Below, in pieces: positions 39,248 through 49,779 of a DNA stretch of 53,902 nt. The DNA lies in the NCBI GenBank assembly GCA_035441405.1, contig DAOROF010000001.1, positions 5,464-59,365 on the forward strand, in the 5' to 3' direction. The stretch comes from Candidatus Nanopelagicus sp. (GTDB taxonomy: Bacteria; Actinomycetota; Actinomycetes; Nanopelagicales; Nanopelagicaceae). The notes below the pieces were generated by a model. The model did not search any database. It had not been told where the DNA came from and was given only the letters and a program-made list of their open reading frames with translations. How positions within the stretch are numbered: the stretch's first letter is position 1; the number at the start of each line of letters is the position of its first letter. The position numbers were made by a program, and so were the translations under genes.

Positions 39248-40197
39248 TGGCATCAAAGAAAGTTAATAGTGGTTTAACCTTTAAAGCCACCATGGCGCAA
39301 GTTAGTGTGCCAGCTAGTAGCGCCAATATTGGCCCTGGATTTGATTCATTTGGCTTAGCGCTAGAGCTGCGGGATCGCTATGCCGCACAAGTTTTAGATG
39401 AACCAAACTTTGATGTTGATGTCAGCGGTGAAGGTGCATCCGAGGTAAAGAAAGATGCAAAGAATTTAGTTATTAAGTCTATGTTGCGTGGCTTTGAGCA
39501 TATGGGAGCTAAGCCAAAAGGTATTGCGCTTAGAGCATTGAATGTAATCCCACATGGCCGTGGCCTTGGCTCTTCGGCAAGTGCAATTGTTGGCGGCTTA
39601 GCTCTTGCCAGATCTTTAGTTTTAACAGGTGAGCAATATATGAGTGATGATGATTTGATTACATTAGCAACCGAATTAGAGGGACATCCAGATAATGTTG
39701 CTGCTGCATTTTATGGTGGCGCAACTATTGCCTGGATTGAAAAATCAGTTGGTGCAGATGGGGTCAGTAGTGAGGTTGGAAAAGCAGTTAGTTTAAAGGT
39801 TGATGATCGGATAAAAGCATTATTACTTATTCCAGGCAATCAATTAGCAACCGCTAAAGCAAGAAAACTTCTACCAGAAACCATTTCTCACCAAGATGCA
39901 GTGCTTAATTCATCCCGATCTGCCTTACTTGTACATGCCTTGGCTGAGCGTCCAGATCTACTATTTACTGCCACAGAAGATTTACTTCACCAGAACTATC
40001 GAGAATCTGCAATGCCAAAAACTATTGCGTTGGTAAAAAAATTACGTGGTGCAGGTCTTGCAGCGGTAGTTTCCGGAGCAGGCCCTTCGGTTATGGTTTT
40101 GTATTCAAATAGTGAAGATGAGATTGATCAGGTAGCAGCATTGGCTCCCGGGTTTAATGCGCTAAAGCTAGAGATAGCCAAAACCGGGGCACAGTAG
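39247..40197 (+). CDS. thrB: Homoserine kinase
   Basis: PASSANIGPGFD, PHGRGLGSSA, EGHPDN, SGAGPS. Confidence 0.96.
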   Translation: MASKKVNSGLTFKATMAQVSVPASSANIGPGFDSFGLALELRDRYAAQVLDEPNFDVDVSGEGASEVKKDAKNLVIKSMLRGFEHMGAKPKGIALRALNVIPHGRGLGSSASAIVGGLALARSLVLTGEQYMSDDDLITLATELEGHPDNVAAAFYGGATIAWIEKSVGADGVSSEVGKAVSLKVDDRIKALLLIPGNQLATAKARKLLPETISHQDAVLNSSRSALLVHALAERPDLLFTATEDLLHQNYRESAMPKTIALVKKLRGAGLAAVVSGAGPSVMVLYSNSEDEIDQVAALAPGFNALKLEIAKTGAQ

Positions 40198-40341
40198 GGT
40201 ATTTTCCCAATATCTCTTGGGTGTGGTAGATTTACCCCTGTCGGAAAGTGCGACAGCAATAAATAAAAATCCCAAAAATTAAAACCTTTTTTCTGGGTAC
40301 TTCTCATAAAAATATAAATAAGAAAGAATGGCAATAAGTAA

Positions 40342-41961
40342 ATGGCAGATAAGAAAAAGACTAGCCGCGCAGATGCGGTTGAGTTAGTAGATATGGCTTT
40401 AGGTGATTTAAAGAAGGTTGCTGGGCAACTTGGTATTGAAAATGCATCTACCCTGAAAAAAGCAGAGTTAGTGCAATCTATTGCAGACCTGCAGGCAGCA
40501 AATCGTGAGGCTGCTAAAAACGAACGAGAGGCTCGTCGTATGGAACGACAAAATAATCGAAATAATAGAAACAATAATCCAGAAGCAGATACAAATGACT
40601 CTAGTGCTGATTCGGCAGTAAATAATTCAAATAACTCATCCGGATCCTTTGGCGACTCAGATCGTGGTGAGAACCGACGTTTTGGTGGCAGAGATCATCG
40701 TAGAGATCGAGGACGAGATCGCGGTCGAGATAGAAATCGTGATCGAGGTCAGCGCGAAGAGCGTGAAATTGTAATTGGACCAGATGATGTTCTACTGCCA
40801 GTTGGTGGCTTACTAGATATTTTAGATAGTTACGCGTTTATTAGAACTGGTGGCTACCTACCATCACCAAATGATGTTTATGTCTCACTTCAACAGGTTC
40901 GAAAATACAGTTTACGTAAAGGTGATGTAATTACTGGATCAGTACGTGAACCAAAAGAGGGTGAGCGACGTGAAAAATTTAATGCTTTAGTTAGAGTTGA
41001 AACTATTAATGGTGTTGAACCAGAAAATACTAAAGAACGAGTGGATTTCTCTAAATTAGTACCGCTCTACCCACAAGAGAGATTACGACTTGAAACTGAA
41101 CCAAATATTTTAACCACTCGTATTATTGATTTAATCTCACCAATTGGTAAGGGTCAACGTGGTCTAATTGTTTCACCACCTAAAGCTGGTAAAACGATGG
41201 TGTTGCAAGCAATTGCAAATGCAATCACAACTAATAATCCTGAGTGCCACCTAATGGTTGTGCTAGTTGATGAGCGCCCAGAAGAAGTAACTGATATGCA
41301 ACGTTCAGTAAAGGGAGAGGTCATTGCTTCAACATTTGATCGCCCAGCTGATGATCACACTACAGTTGCCGAACTAGCAATTGAGCGAGCAAAAAGATTA
41401 GTTGAGTTAGGTCATGATGTTGTTGTACTACTTGATTCCATTACTCGATTAGGACGTGCATATAACATCGCAGCCCCAGCTTCTGGAAGAATTCTTTCCG
41501 GTGGTGTTGATTCTGCTGCGCTGTATCCACCAAAGAAATTCTTTGGTGCCGCCCGAAATATTGAAAATGGCGGCTCACTAACTATTTTGGCAACTGCCTT
41601 GATTGATACTGGATCAAAGATGGATGAAGTTATTTTCGAAGAGTTTAAAGGAACTGGAAATATGGAGCTTATTCTCAATCGTAAGTTTGCCGATAAGCGA
41701 ATATTCCCAGCCGTTGATGTAGTTGCCTCTGGTACGAGAAAAGAAGAAATTCTTATGGGTACTGAAGAGTTAAGTATTGTTTGGCGACTTCGTAGAGTGC
41801 TGCATGCTCTTGAGCCACAGCAAGCTCTGGAACTATTACTTGAGAAGATGAAGGGTACGAAATCAAATGTTGAGTTCCTGCTGCAAATCCAAAAGACAAC
41901 TACAGGTGGAGAGCAATCTTCATCTGGCAGCTCTGCTAACAAGGAGAGTGTTGAGGCTTAA
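40342..41961 (+). CDS. rho: Transcription termination factor Rho with polar N-terminal insertion
   Basis: [50 protein letters not shown]. Confidence 0.97.
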   Translation: MADKKKTSRADAVELVDMALGDLKKVAGQLGIENASTLKKAELVQSIADLQAANREAAKNEREARRMERQNNRNNRNNNPEADTNDSSADSAVNNSNNSSGSFGDSDRGENRRFGGRDHRRDRGRDRGRDRNRDRGQREEREIVIGPDDVLLPVGGLLDILDSYAFIRTGGYLPSPNDVYVSLQQVRKYSLRKGDVITGSVREPKEGERREKFNALVRVETINGVEPENTKERVDFSKLVPLYPQERLRLETEPNILTTRIIDLISPIGKGQRGLIVSPPKAGKTMVLQAIANAITTNNPECHLMVVLVDERPEEVTDMQRSVKGEVIASTFDRPADDHTTVAELAIERAKRLVELGHDVVVLLDSITRLGRAYNIAAPASGRILSGGVDSAALYPPKKFFGAARNIENGGSLTILATALIDTGSKMDEVIFEEFKGTGNMELILNRKFADKRIFPAVDVVASGTRKEEILMGTEELSIVWRLRRVLHALEPQQALELLLEKMKGTKSNVEFLLQIQKTTTGGEQSSSGSSANKESVEA

Positions 41962-42028
41962 GTAAGCGTCAATTTTGACCACATAGCACTGAGAGTTATT
42001 CTTATCCCCTCTAGTACTTCACTAGTCC

Positions 42029-42074
42029 TACTGGTTCACAAGTTCATTTTTTAGGAAATGAATTTGATCCAGTA
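42029..42074 (+). promoter_or_regulatory. Structured rpmE leader (putative L31 r-leader)
   Basis: TACTGG...CCAGTA outer stem enclosing AAGTTCATTT/AAATGAATTT inner stem, just upstream of the AAGGAG SD of rpmE. Confidence 0.5.
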
Positions 42075-42090
42075 AAAAACAAGGAGAAAT

Positions 42091-42315
42091 ATGAAGAATG
42101 AAATTCACCCACAATATGTGGAGACCAAGGTAACTTGTGGTTGCGGTGAGGTATTTACTACCCGCAGTACAAAAGAAAATGGTTCAATTTACGTTGAAGT
42201 TTGCTCTGTATGTCATCCGTTTTATACCGGTAAGCAAAGAATTCTTGATACTGGTGGTCGAGTAGCTAAATTCCAGGAGCGTTTTGGAAAGGCCGATAAG
42301 TCCGGCACTAAGTAG
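42091..42315 (+). CDS. rpmE: 50S ribosomal protein L31 (Zn-binding type)
   Basis: [28 protein letters not shown]. Confidence 0.97.
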   Translation: MKNEIHPQYVETKVTCGCGEVFTTRSTKENGSIYVEVCSVCHPFYTGKQRILDTGGRVAKFQERFGKADKSGTK

Positions 42316-42323
42316 TTTTCTTA

Positions 42324-42368
42324 AAGAGAGCACACAATGCATCGAAAGATGTGGTGTGCTCTCTTTTT
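42324..42368 (+). terminator. Intrinsic terminator after rpmE
   Basis: AAGAGAGCACAC...CATC-GAAA-GATG...GTGTGCTCTCTT followed by Ts. Confidence 0.75.
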
Positions 42369-42402
42369 AATTTACATCCATATTTAAGAAGGGAGGGTAT
42401 AA

Positions 42403-43482
42403 GTGGAGAGATTTGCAAAGGTAAATGAGTTATTAGCTGAGTACGAATCATTAGAGGCACAAATGGCAGACCCAGCAATTCATAATGATCAAAACAAAGC
42501 TAGAGCGCTAGGAAAGCGTTATGCACAATTAGGGCCAGTCATTGCTGGCTACCGTGCCTACAAATTAGCCGAAGATGATTTCAATGCCGGTAAAGAATTG
42601 GCTGAGGTCGATCCTGCATTTGTATCTGAACTTGAGGCGTTAGAAAAAAATAAGGATCAAGCTGGTGCGATTCTAGAAGAGTTGTTACTACCTAGGGATC
42701 CAAATGATGATCGCGATGTAATTATGGAGATTAAAGCTGGTGCTGGTGGAGATGAGTCGGCAATTTTTGCTGGTGATCTATTCAGGATGTACTCCAGGTA
42801 TGCCGAAAAGCAAGGTTGGAAAGTAGAGGTAATTGATGCCACGCAAAGTGATATGGGTGGATACAAAGATCTGTCGGTAGGAATAAAATCTAAATCAAAC
42901 ACCCAACCTGGCCAAACGCCTTATGCAAAATTAAAATTTGAAGGTGGTGTTCACCGAGTACAGCGGGTGCCAGAGACTGAGTCCCAGGGAAGAATTCACA
43001 CCTCTGCTGCTGGAGTTTTAATTTTGCCAGAGGCTGAAGAAATTGATGTAGATATTAATATGAATGATTTAAGAATCGATGTTTATCGATCATCTGGTCC
43101 GGGTGGGCAAAGCGTTAACACAACTGATTCGGCGGTAAGAATTACTCATGTTCCAACTGGAATTGTAGTTTCGTGCCAAAATGAAAAGAGCCAACTTCAA
43201 AATAAAGAATCAGCACTTAGAATTTTACGCGCTCGCATGTTGGCAGCAGCCCAAGAGGAGGCTGAAAGAGTTGCATCGGCCGAGCGAAAGAGTCAGGTAA
43301 GAACTGTAGATAGAAGTGAGCGGATCAGAACTTATAATTTTCCGGAAAATCGATTAAGTGATCATCGAGTAAATTACAAAGCGAATAATCTAGATTCAGT
43401 CATGAATGGTGATTTGGAGGCCGTAATTCAAGCACTACTTGATGCTGATCGAACTGCAAAGTTAACCGCAGGTAATTCTTGA
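42403..43482 (+). CDS. prfA: Peptide chain release factor 1
   Basis: [11 protein letters not shown] (PxT), [18 protein letters not shown]. Confidence 0.97.
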   Translation: MERFAKVNELLAEYESLEAQMADPAIHNDQNKARALGKRYAQLGPVIAGYRAYKLAEDDFNAGKELAEVDPAFVSELEALEKNKDQAGAILEELLLPRDPNDDRDVIMEIKAGAGGDESAIFAGDLFRMYSRYAEKQGWKVEVIDATQSDMGGYKDLSVGIKSKSNTQPGQTPYAKLKFEGGVHRVQRVPETESQGRIHTSAAGVLILPEAEEIDVDINMNDLRIDVYRSSGPGGQSVNTTDSAVRITHVPTGIVVSCQNEKSQLQNKESALRILRARMLAAAQEEAERVASAERKSQVRTVDRSERIRTYNFPENRLSDHRVNYKANNLDSVMNGDLEAVIQALLDADRTAKLTAGNS

Positions 43483-44333
43483 AAGAGCTACTAAGGCAAG
43501 CATTCACACAGTTTGAAAAAAACAAGATTTCAACTGTTGATGCAGAGCTACTTTTAGCCCACCTGCTTGGCGTATCTCGCAAGGAGATTCACTCGCAAGC
43601 TTTGGAGATACCAAGTGATCAAATTGAATCAATTACAGCCGAGTACAAAGAACTGATTGGTCAGCGACTTTTAGGTAGGCCAGTTCAATACATAACGGGA
43701 AGTGCACCATTTAGATATCTAGATCTAGAGGTGGGCGAAGGGGTATTAATTCCACGTCCGGAAACCGAATTACTAGTTGATCGAGCAATTGGCTTTCTAA
43801 CCTCAATGGAAAATAGTAATGAAGCAAAAAGTGTTATTGATCTTGGTGCTGGAAGTGGCGCAATTTCAATTGCAATTACCTCTGAAGCAGCCCTAAAGGG
43901 ATTGAGCGTTTCAGTTATTGCTGTAGAAAAGTCAGAGCCTGCAGTTATATGGCTAAATAAAAACATTGCAAAATATGACCTACCAATTAGGGTTGTTGTA
44001 GAGGATGTAGCGACTGCATTGCCTGGAGTCAAAGCTGATTTAGTTGTAGCAAATCCACCATATATCCCAGATGATGAAAAGTTACCGCAAGAGGTAGATG
44101 GCTATGAGCCTGTAATTGCCTTGCGGGGTGGCAAAGTAGATGGGATGCAGATGCCTAAATTATTTATTGATTCAGCTGCCAGATTATTAAAACCAGGTGG
44201 GATTTTTATTATGGAGCACCATGAAAAGCAATCTGATTTAATCAAGCAAGCACTCAAAGAAGAATTTACTCTGCCTCAAACTCATGCTGATCTAACGGGT
44301 AGAGATAGATTCACAAGCGCAAGAAGGCGATAA
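43479..44333 (+). CDS. prmC: Release factor glutamine methyltransferase
   Basis: [20 protein letters not shown]; follows prfA. Confidence 0.95.
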   Translation: MKELLRQAFTQFEKNKISTVDAELLLAHLLGVSRKEIHSQALEIPSDQIESITAEYKELIGQRLLGRPVQYITGSAPFRYLDLEVGEGVLIPRPETELLVDRAIGFLTSMENSNEAKSVIDLGAGSGAISIAITSEAALKGLSVSVIAVEKSEPAVIWLNKNIAKYDLPIRVVVEDVATALPGVKADLVVANPPYIPDDEKLPQEVDGYEPVIALRGGKVDGMQMPKLFIDSAARLLKPGGIFIMEHHEKQSDLIKQALKEEFTLPQTHADLTGRDRFTSARRR

Positions 44334-44339
44334 CTTCAT

Positions 44340-44999
44340 ATGGCAGAGAGAATTAGAGATTTCATTGACAGCGAATCCAGGTTTATCGAAGCAGTTGACT
44401 CAGCCGTTAGATATATAAATGCTGGTACGGTTATAATCGTTGCAACAGAGTCTGGCTATGCCTACGTTGCTAATGCCTTTGATACTAAAGCAGTTAAGAG
44501 TATTCATGTAATGCGTGGCGATAGCGAAGGTATCGCAGCTCAAGTATTCATCAAAGGAATCGAAGTTTTAGCAGGAATTGCTCACCCAATAAATTTTCAA
44601 CAAAGGCAAGTTTTGGAAAAATTTTGGCCCGGACAGTTATCAGTCACAATCAAATCCCAACCTGGCCTCAATTGGGATCTAGGAGATGAAAGGCGACTAG
44701 GTAAGATTAATGTGCGTGTACCAAATAAAAAATTCATAAGTAAAGTTTTAGAAAAAACGGGCCCACTTGCTACAGCTTCAATAGCCTTTACTGGCAGGAC
44801 CGCAATTGTTGATTTGAGCCAAATTATTATTCGAGAGGCTGAAGTTGGTGCAGTATTTGATGAAGGCATATTAGAAAATGCTGGACACACGACGATCGTA
44901 GAGTTTTCTGAGAATGAAATCACACTCCAACGTGAGGGCGCAGTATCTATACTGAAATTAAAACCGCTGATACCTTCAATTTTGCCCACAAACCTTTAG
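44340..44999 (+). CDS. tsaC: YrdC/Sua5 (TsaC) family protein, divergent
   Basis: TE..Y, FWPG.L, WDLG, VRVP, GPL, REGA segments and the usual position after prmC; several catalytic motifs are altered. Confidence 0.72.
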   Translation: MAERIRDFIDSESRFIEAVDSAVRYINAGTVIIVATESGYAYVANAFDTKAVKSIHVMRGDSEGIAAQVFIKGIEVLAGIAHPINFQQRQVLEKFWPGQLSVTIKSQPGLNWDLGDERRLGKINVRVPNKKFISKVLEKTGPLATASIAFTGRTAIVDLSQIIIREAEVGAVFDEGILENAGHTTIVEFSENEITLQREGAVSILKLKPLIPSILPTNL

Positions 45000-45008
45000 G
45001 CTTATCTC

Positions 45009-46289
45009 ATGTCGCTTAATGAAAAATACTATGGGCCAGACTTTAATTCACTGGAGCGCCAAGATCCTGAAGTTGCCTCAGTTGTACTCTCTGAACTTGA
45101 ACGCCAAAGAAAAAATCTACAACTTATTGCAAGTGAAAACTTTACATCTTCTGCAGTACTAGCTGCCATGGGCTCCACTCTTTCAAATAAGTATGCCGAG
45201 GGCTACCCAGGAAAAAGATATTACGGTGGTTGTGAAGAGGTAGATAAGGTGGAAGTGATTGGCATCGAGCGAGCAAAAGCGTTGTTTGGTGCAGATCATG
45301 CAAACTTACAACCTCACTCTGGTGCAAGTGCAAATATTGCGGTCTATCAAGCATTTACAAAACCTGGAGACACTGTTCTTGCTATGTCACTTCCGCATGG
45401 TGGACATTTAACTCACGGTTCTAAAGTCAACTTTTCTGGTAAGTGGTTTAATGTAGTTTCATATGGTGTCCGCCAAGATAATGAATTAATTGATTATGAT
45501 CAACTGCGAGATTTAGCCATAGAACATAAACCAAAAATGATTTGTTCAGGTGCAACTGCCTATCCGAGCTTGATTGATTTTGAAAAGGTAAGACAAATTT
45601 GCGATGAGGTAGGTGCAATTATGTGGGTGGATGCTGCTCACTTTATTGGACTAGTAGCTGGTAAAGCTATCCCTTCACCAGTTCCATATGCCGATGTTGT
45701 TTCTTTTACAACTCATAAAGTGCTACGAGGGCCACGCGGTGGAATGATTCTTTCTAAAGAACAACATGCAGCAGCTATTGATAAAGCTGTCTTTCCTGGC
45801 ATTCAAGGTGGGCCAAATATGAGTGCTGTAGCTGGTAAAGCCGTTGTACTAAAAGAATGCGCTACACCTGCCTATCAAAATTATGCCAAGAAAGTTATTG
45901 AAAACTGTAAGGCTTTGGCATCTGATTTACAAAGTGAAGGAATGCGAGCAGTATCTGGTGGCACGCAAACTCACCTTGCTTTAATTGATATTCGATCAAC
46001 AGGAGTAAATGGAAAAGTAGCTGATGAAAGATGCGGATTATCAGGAATATCATTAAATAAAAATTCAATTCCATTTGATCCAGAAACCCCTGCCGTAACC
46101 AGTGGAATTAGGGTTGGCACAGCAGCAACTACAACCCAAGGAATGGGCAAGCCCGAGATGAAAATTATTGCAGGATTAATTGCCAGGGCTATAAAGGATG
46201 GTTCAGATGAAAGTAAAGCCAAAGCAATAAAGTCTGAAATACATCAGTTGACTAAAAATTACCCAGTTTATGCAGATCCAGTCAATTAA
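45009..46289 (+). CDS. glyA: Serine hydroxymethyltransferase
   Basis: LIASEN, NKYAEGYPGKRYYGG, GGHLTHG, TTHK.LRGPRGG. Confidence 0.97.
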   Translation: MSLNEKYYGPDFNSLERQDPEVASVVLSELERQRKNLQLIASENFTSSAVLAAMGSTLSNKYAEGYPGKRYYGGCEEVDKVEVIGIERAKALFGADHANLQPHSGASANIAVYQAFTKPGDTVLAMSLPHGGHLTHGSKVNFSGKWFNVVSYGVRQDNELIDYDQLRDLAIEHKPKMICSGATAYPSLIDFEKVRQICDEVGAIMWVDAAHFIGLVAGKAIPSPVPYADVVSFTTHKVLRGPRGGMILSKEQHAAAIDKAVFPGIQGGPNMSAVAGKAVVLKECATPAYQNYAKKVIENCKALASDLQSEGMRAVSGGTQTHLALIDIRSTGVNGKVADERCGLSGISLNKNSIPFDPETPAVTSGIRVGTAATTTQGMGKPEMKIIAGLIARAIKDGSDESKAKAIKSEIHQLTKNYPVYADPVN

Positions 46290-46299
46290 AGATATTTAG

Positions 46300-47379
46300 A
46301 TGCGTGAGTACTTAGTAACAGTTTTACTGGCTGCAATTATTACCTACCTGATTACTCCATTTGTAAGAGATTTAGCAATCAAATCAGGAGCGATTGCTCA
46401 AATTAGATCAAGAGATGTACATGTTGAACCAACTCCAAGGTGGGGTGGATTAGCAATGTGGCTTGCTATGGCTTTAACTTTAGTAATTGTTAATTACCTA
46501 CCTCTAGTAGAGAAATCCTTTGGCAGAGAAGCAACGGGAATTTTTTTAAGCGGAACCTTTATTTTATTTATTGGCATGCTAGATGATCGATTTGATCTAG
46601 ACCCAATCACAAAATTCGCTGGCCAAGCCCTCTCAGCCGGCATTTTATTAATCTATGGAGTCCAAATCTTGTGGCTACCAATAAATGGAATTACTACTTT
46701 GCCAACAAATATTGGACAGTTGTTAACAGTCTTGTTTGTAATGGTGGTTATAAATGCAATTAACTTTGTCGATGGACTAGATGGTCTGGCAACAGGCATA
46801 GTAATGATTTGTGCCGCTTCATTCTTTGCTTTTTCATATTTACTAGCGGTGGTAAATGGTTTAAATCGAGCTGGTGCACCATCATTAATTACTGCGGTAG
46901 TTATCGGCCTTTGCCTTGGATTTTTACCGCACAATTTTCACCCAGCTCAAATTTTCATGGGTGACTCAGGTGCTATGTTTTTAGGCTTGCTAATTAGTGC
47001 ATCGGCAATAACTCTTACTGGCCAGGTCGATGCCTCTGCAATCACGGAAGAAAATGGCGGGAATGTACTACTGCCACTTTTACTACCGTTCTCAATCTTG
47101 GCTATTCCATTACTAGATTTTGTGATGGCAATTGTTCGTAGGGTTAAAGCAGGCAGATCACCATTTGACGCCGATCGTGAACATTTACACCATCGTATTA
47201 TGCGGTTAGGGTTAACTCAGCAACGAACTACCATTATTTTATATCTTTGGACTGCAATGTTTGCACTACCAACAGTTATAGCAGCATTTACACCAATTTG
47301 GGTAGCCTTATTAGCAGGAACTGTAATCTTTGGAGTATCGATTTTATTAGTTAAATTTCGACAAGAAATTAAAATTTAA
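46300..47379 (+). CDS. wecA: Polyprenyl-phosphate GlcNAc-1-phosphate transferase (WecA/MraY family)
   Basis: PR.GG, G.LDD, NFVDGLDGL, IFMGDSG, DREHLHH. Confidence 0.9.
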   Translation: MREYLVTVLLAAIITYLITPFVRDLAIKSGAIAQIRSRDVHVEPTPRWGGLAMWLAMALTLVIVNYLPLVEKSFGREATGIFLSGTFILFIGMLDDRFDLDPITKFAGQALSAGILLIYGVQILWLPINGITTLPTNIGQLLTVLFVMVVINAINFVDGLDGLATGIVMICAASFFAFSYLLAVVNGLNRAGAPSLITAVVIGLCLGFLPHNFHPAQIFMGDSGAMFLGLLISASAITLTGQVDASAITEENGGNVLLPLLLPFSILAIPLLDFVMAIVRRVKAGRSPFDADREHLHHRIMRLGLTQQRTTIILYLWTAMFALPTVIAAFTPIWVALLAGTVIFGVSILLVKFRQEIKI

Positions 47380-47810
47380 TGAGTAATAATCAATCAAGCG
47401 ATACTGTGTTGTGGCAGGGAGCAATAATTCCAGCATCCATTACAGCCTTGCTTTCACTAATTGTTATGGCAACACTTAATGGCAAATCAGGTGCGGTCGG
47501 AGCATTTTTAGCGTCAGTTACTGTGATTATTTTTTTCAGCATTCATTTACTAGTTGCTCGAATATCACGTAATTTAGACCCAATGATCACCATGGCTCTA
47601 GCCATGTTTTCTTATTTTGCCAAGGTAGTTTTTATGGGAATTTTTCTTCTATTAGTTACAAGATTTACTGATCGAAGCACTGTTGATAGAGCAAGTTTTG
47701 CAATCTGCGCAATCTTGATTACCATGGCATGGTTATTCGGTGAGGTTCGTAGCTTTCTAAAGTTGCGTGTTCAATTACCCCTACCGAAAAAAGAGGGAGA
47801 CATTTTGTGA
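47379..47810 (+). CDS. atpI: ATP synthase protein I-like membrane protein
   Basis: Four TM helices, SY..K motif, located before the atp operon. Confidence 0.6.
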   Translation: MSNNQSSDTVLWQGAIIPASITALLSLIVMATLNGKSGAVGAFLASVTVIIFFSIHLLVARISRNLDPMITMALAMFSYFAKVVFMGIFLLLVTRFTDRSTVDRASFAICAILITMAWLFGEVRSFLKLRVQLPLPKKEGDIL

Positions 47811-48025
47811 ATAACTCAAAGAATGATGATTTGAATAACTCAAAGAATGAAGAGAATGCACTGTGGTCGATTGTCGGATATTTGCTCTCTGGACTTTTAA
47901 TATGGGGTGGTATTGGCTGGGGAGTTGACCAATGGTTGGATACTTCATACTTCCTACTTATCGGCTTGTTACTAGGTGCTGGGGCCTCGATTTATCTTGT
48001 ATGGCTTCGATTTGGGCGCGATTAA
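47807..48025 (+). CDS. AtpZ/AtpI family small membrane protein
   Basis: YLLSG...WGGIGW.VD.WL.T two-helix hairpin; GAGGGAG SD. Confidence 0.75.
   Translation: MNNSKNDDLNNSKNEENALWSIVGYLLSGLLIWGGIGWGVDQWLDTSYFLLIGLLLGAGASIYLVWLRFGRD
47808..47850 (+). repeat. 19-bp direct repeat with 24-bp period
   Basis: TGAATAACTCAAAGAATGA at 47808 and 47832. Confidence 0.85.
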
Positions 48026-48175
48026 TATCACCCAACCTGGATTCTCAGCATTTGGTGCTCGATTTCTGCCCTAGCAAATTTCACATTTATCTTAGATACC
48101 TAATAGGGTTTCGCCCGTAGCCGTTTCTCCCCTTTCGGCGCAGGTAAGTCCATAAACAAGTATTCAGGAGAACGA

Positions 48176-48955
48176 GTGGGCGCATATCTAGCAAGTGAGG
48201 ATGGTTTCAAACCACCTAGCACTGCAGATTTTAATTTACCTCCAGTATTTGGCGATAATCCATTTACTACTAAACCGGTATTTTTAGCATTTCTCTCCGT
48301 AATTTTAATTTCGGTATTTTTTATTCTTTCTTCCAGAAAAGCTGCAGTAGTGCCATCAAAGTTTCAATTCGCAGGTGAATCAATTTATGGTTTTGTTAGA
48401 AATGATCTAGCAAGAGATGTAATTGGGCATGAATTCATGCGATTTGTTCCATATCTATTTACTCTGTTTACTTTTATTTTAACCAACAACCTATTTGGAA
48501 TTATTCCTTTCTTGCAATTTCCAACTATGTCTAGAGTTAGCTTTCCATATGTCTTAGCATTATTTACATTTGTAATTTTTCACTATGTTGCCATCAAGCA
48601 CAAAGGTTTAATTGCCTACCTAAAAGAGATTATGTTTATGCCAGGAGTGCCTAAGCCGGTATACATTCTTTTAACCCCTATTGAGGTGGCAACCTACTTC
48701 TTAGTTAGGCCGCTAACGCTCTCACTTCGTTTATTTGCAAATATGTTTGCTGGCCACCTACTTCTACTCGTCTTTATTTTAGGAGGAGAGCACCTACTTT
48801 CTGGTGCAATTGGCCTAAAACTAGTTTCACCATTTGCCTTTGCCTTCGGTATTGCCCTAACCTTTTTTGAGTTTATGGTTCAGTGCCTACAGGCATATAT
48901 CTTTACTCTACTAACCGCTCTCTATATAGCGGGTGCGTTAGCAGATGAGCACTAA
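48176..48955 (+). CDS. atpB: ATP synthase F0 subunit a
   Basis: RPLTLSLRLFANMFAGH, LQAYIF.LL. Confidence 0.97.
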   Translation: MGAYLASEDGFKPPSTADFNLPPVFGDNPFTTKPVFLAFLSVILISVFFILSSRKAAVVPSKFQFAGESIYGFVRNDLARDVIGHEFMRFVPYLFTLFTFILTNNLFGIIPFLQFPTMSRVSFPYVLALFTFVIFHYVAIKHKGLIAYLKEIMFMPGVPKPVYILLTPIEVATYFLVRPLTLSLRLFANMFAGHLLLLVFILGGEHLLSGAIGLKLVSPFAFAFGIALTFFEFMVQCLQAYIFTLLTALYIAGALADEH

Positions 48956-49012
48956 CAGAATAAATAAAGAAAAAATAAAGAAACCAACCAACAAAGAAAG
49001 AAGGAAAAGAAA

Positions 49013-49216
49013 ATGACAGGCACACTCAACCTGGTCGGTTATGGCCTATCTGCAATCGGACCTGCAATCGCAACTGGCATGATTTTCGCTGCTTACATAA
49101 GTGGTGTAGCACGCCAACCAGAGGCCAGATCTGTTTTGCAGCCGATCGCATTCCTAGGCTTTGCATTAGCTGAAGCTTTGGCGCTATTCGGTCTAGTTCT
49201 AGCTTTCGTTCTTTAA
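49013..49216 (+). CDS. atpE: ATP synthase F0 subunit c
   Basis: ARQPE loop, ALAEA carboxylate. Confidence 0.96.
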   Translation: MTGTLNLVGYGLSAIGPAIATGMIFAAYISGVARQPEARSVLQPIAFLGFALAEALALFGLVLAFVL

Positions 49217-49237
49217 TAAGCAAAGGCTTACTAAAAC

Positions 49238-49777
49238 ATGTCGTTAAATACTCTTAATAATTGGGCAGCAGGTGAGGAACTTAATCCATTAGTACCGCAT
49301 ACTGCGGAACTAATCGTTGGTTTTGTTGCGTTCACTTTACTGTTCTTAGTTCTTAGGTCAAAGGTTGTGCCAATGTTTGAAAAAGCATTTGCAGAGCGCA
49401 CTGAGGCAATTCAAGGTGGAATGGAAAAAGCAGAGCGCGCACAACTTGAAGCAGAGCGAGCTCTAACCCAGTACACAACTCAATTGAATGAAGCTCGAGG
49501 TGAAGCACAAAAGATCCGTGAGGATGCCAGAGTTCAAGGGGCAGCAATTATTGAAGATCTTCGAAGTAAGGCAGCTGAAGAAGCAGCCAGAATTACCGCC
49601 TCTGCTACCGCTGCAATTGAAGCTGAACGTCAGCAAGCGCTTGCATCACTTCGGAATGAAGTTGGCGCACTTGCTACTGAGTTGGCCGGAAAGATTGTCG
49701 GAGAAGCTTTAGATGACCAGGTCCGTCAATCTCGAATTGTTGACCGATTTATTGCAGATCTGGAGAAGAGTAAGTAA
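49238..49777 (+). CDS. atpF: ATP synthase F0 subunit b
   Basis: N-terminal TM helix, ER...I.G, coiled coil, operon position. Confidence 0.95.
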   Translation: MSLNTLNNWAAGEELNPLVPHTAELIVGFVAFTLLFLVLRSKVVPMFEKAFAERTEAIQGGMEKAERAQLEAERALTQYTTQLNEARGEAQKIREDARVQGAAIIEDLRSKAAEEAARITASATAAIEAERQQALASLRNEVGALATELAGKIVGEALDDQVRQSRIVDRFIADLEKSK

Positions 49778-49779
49778 TT

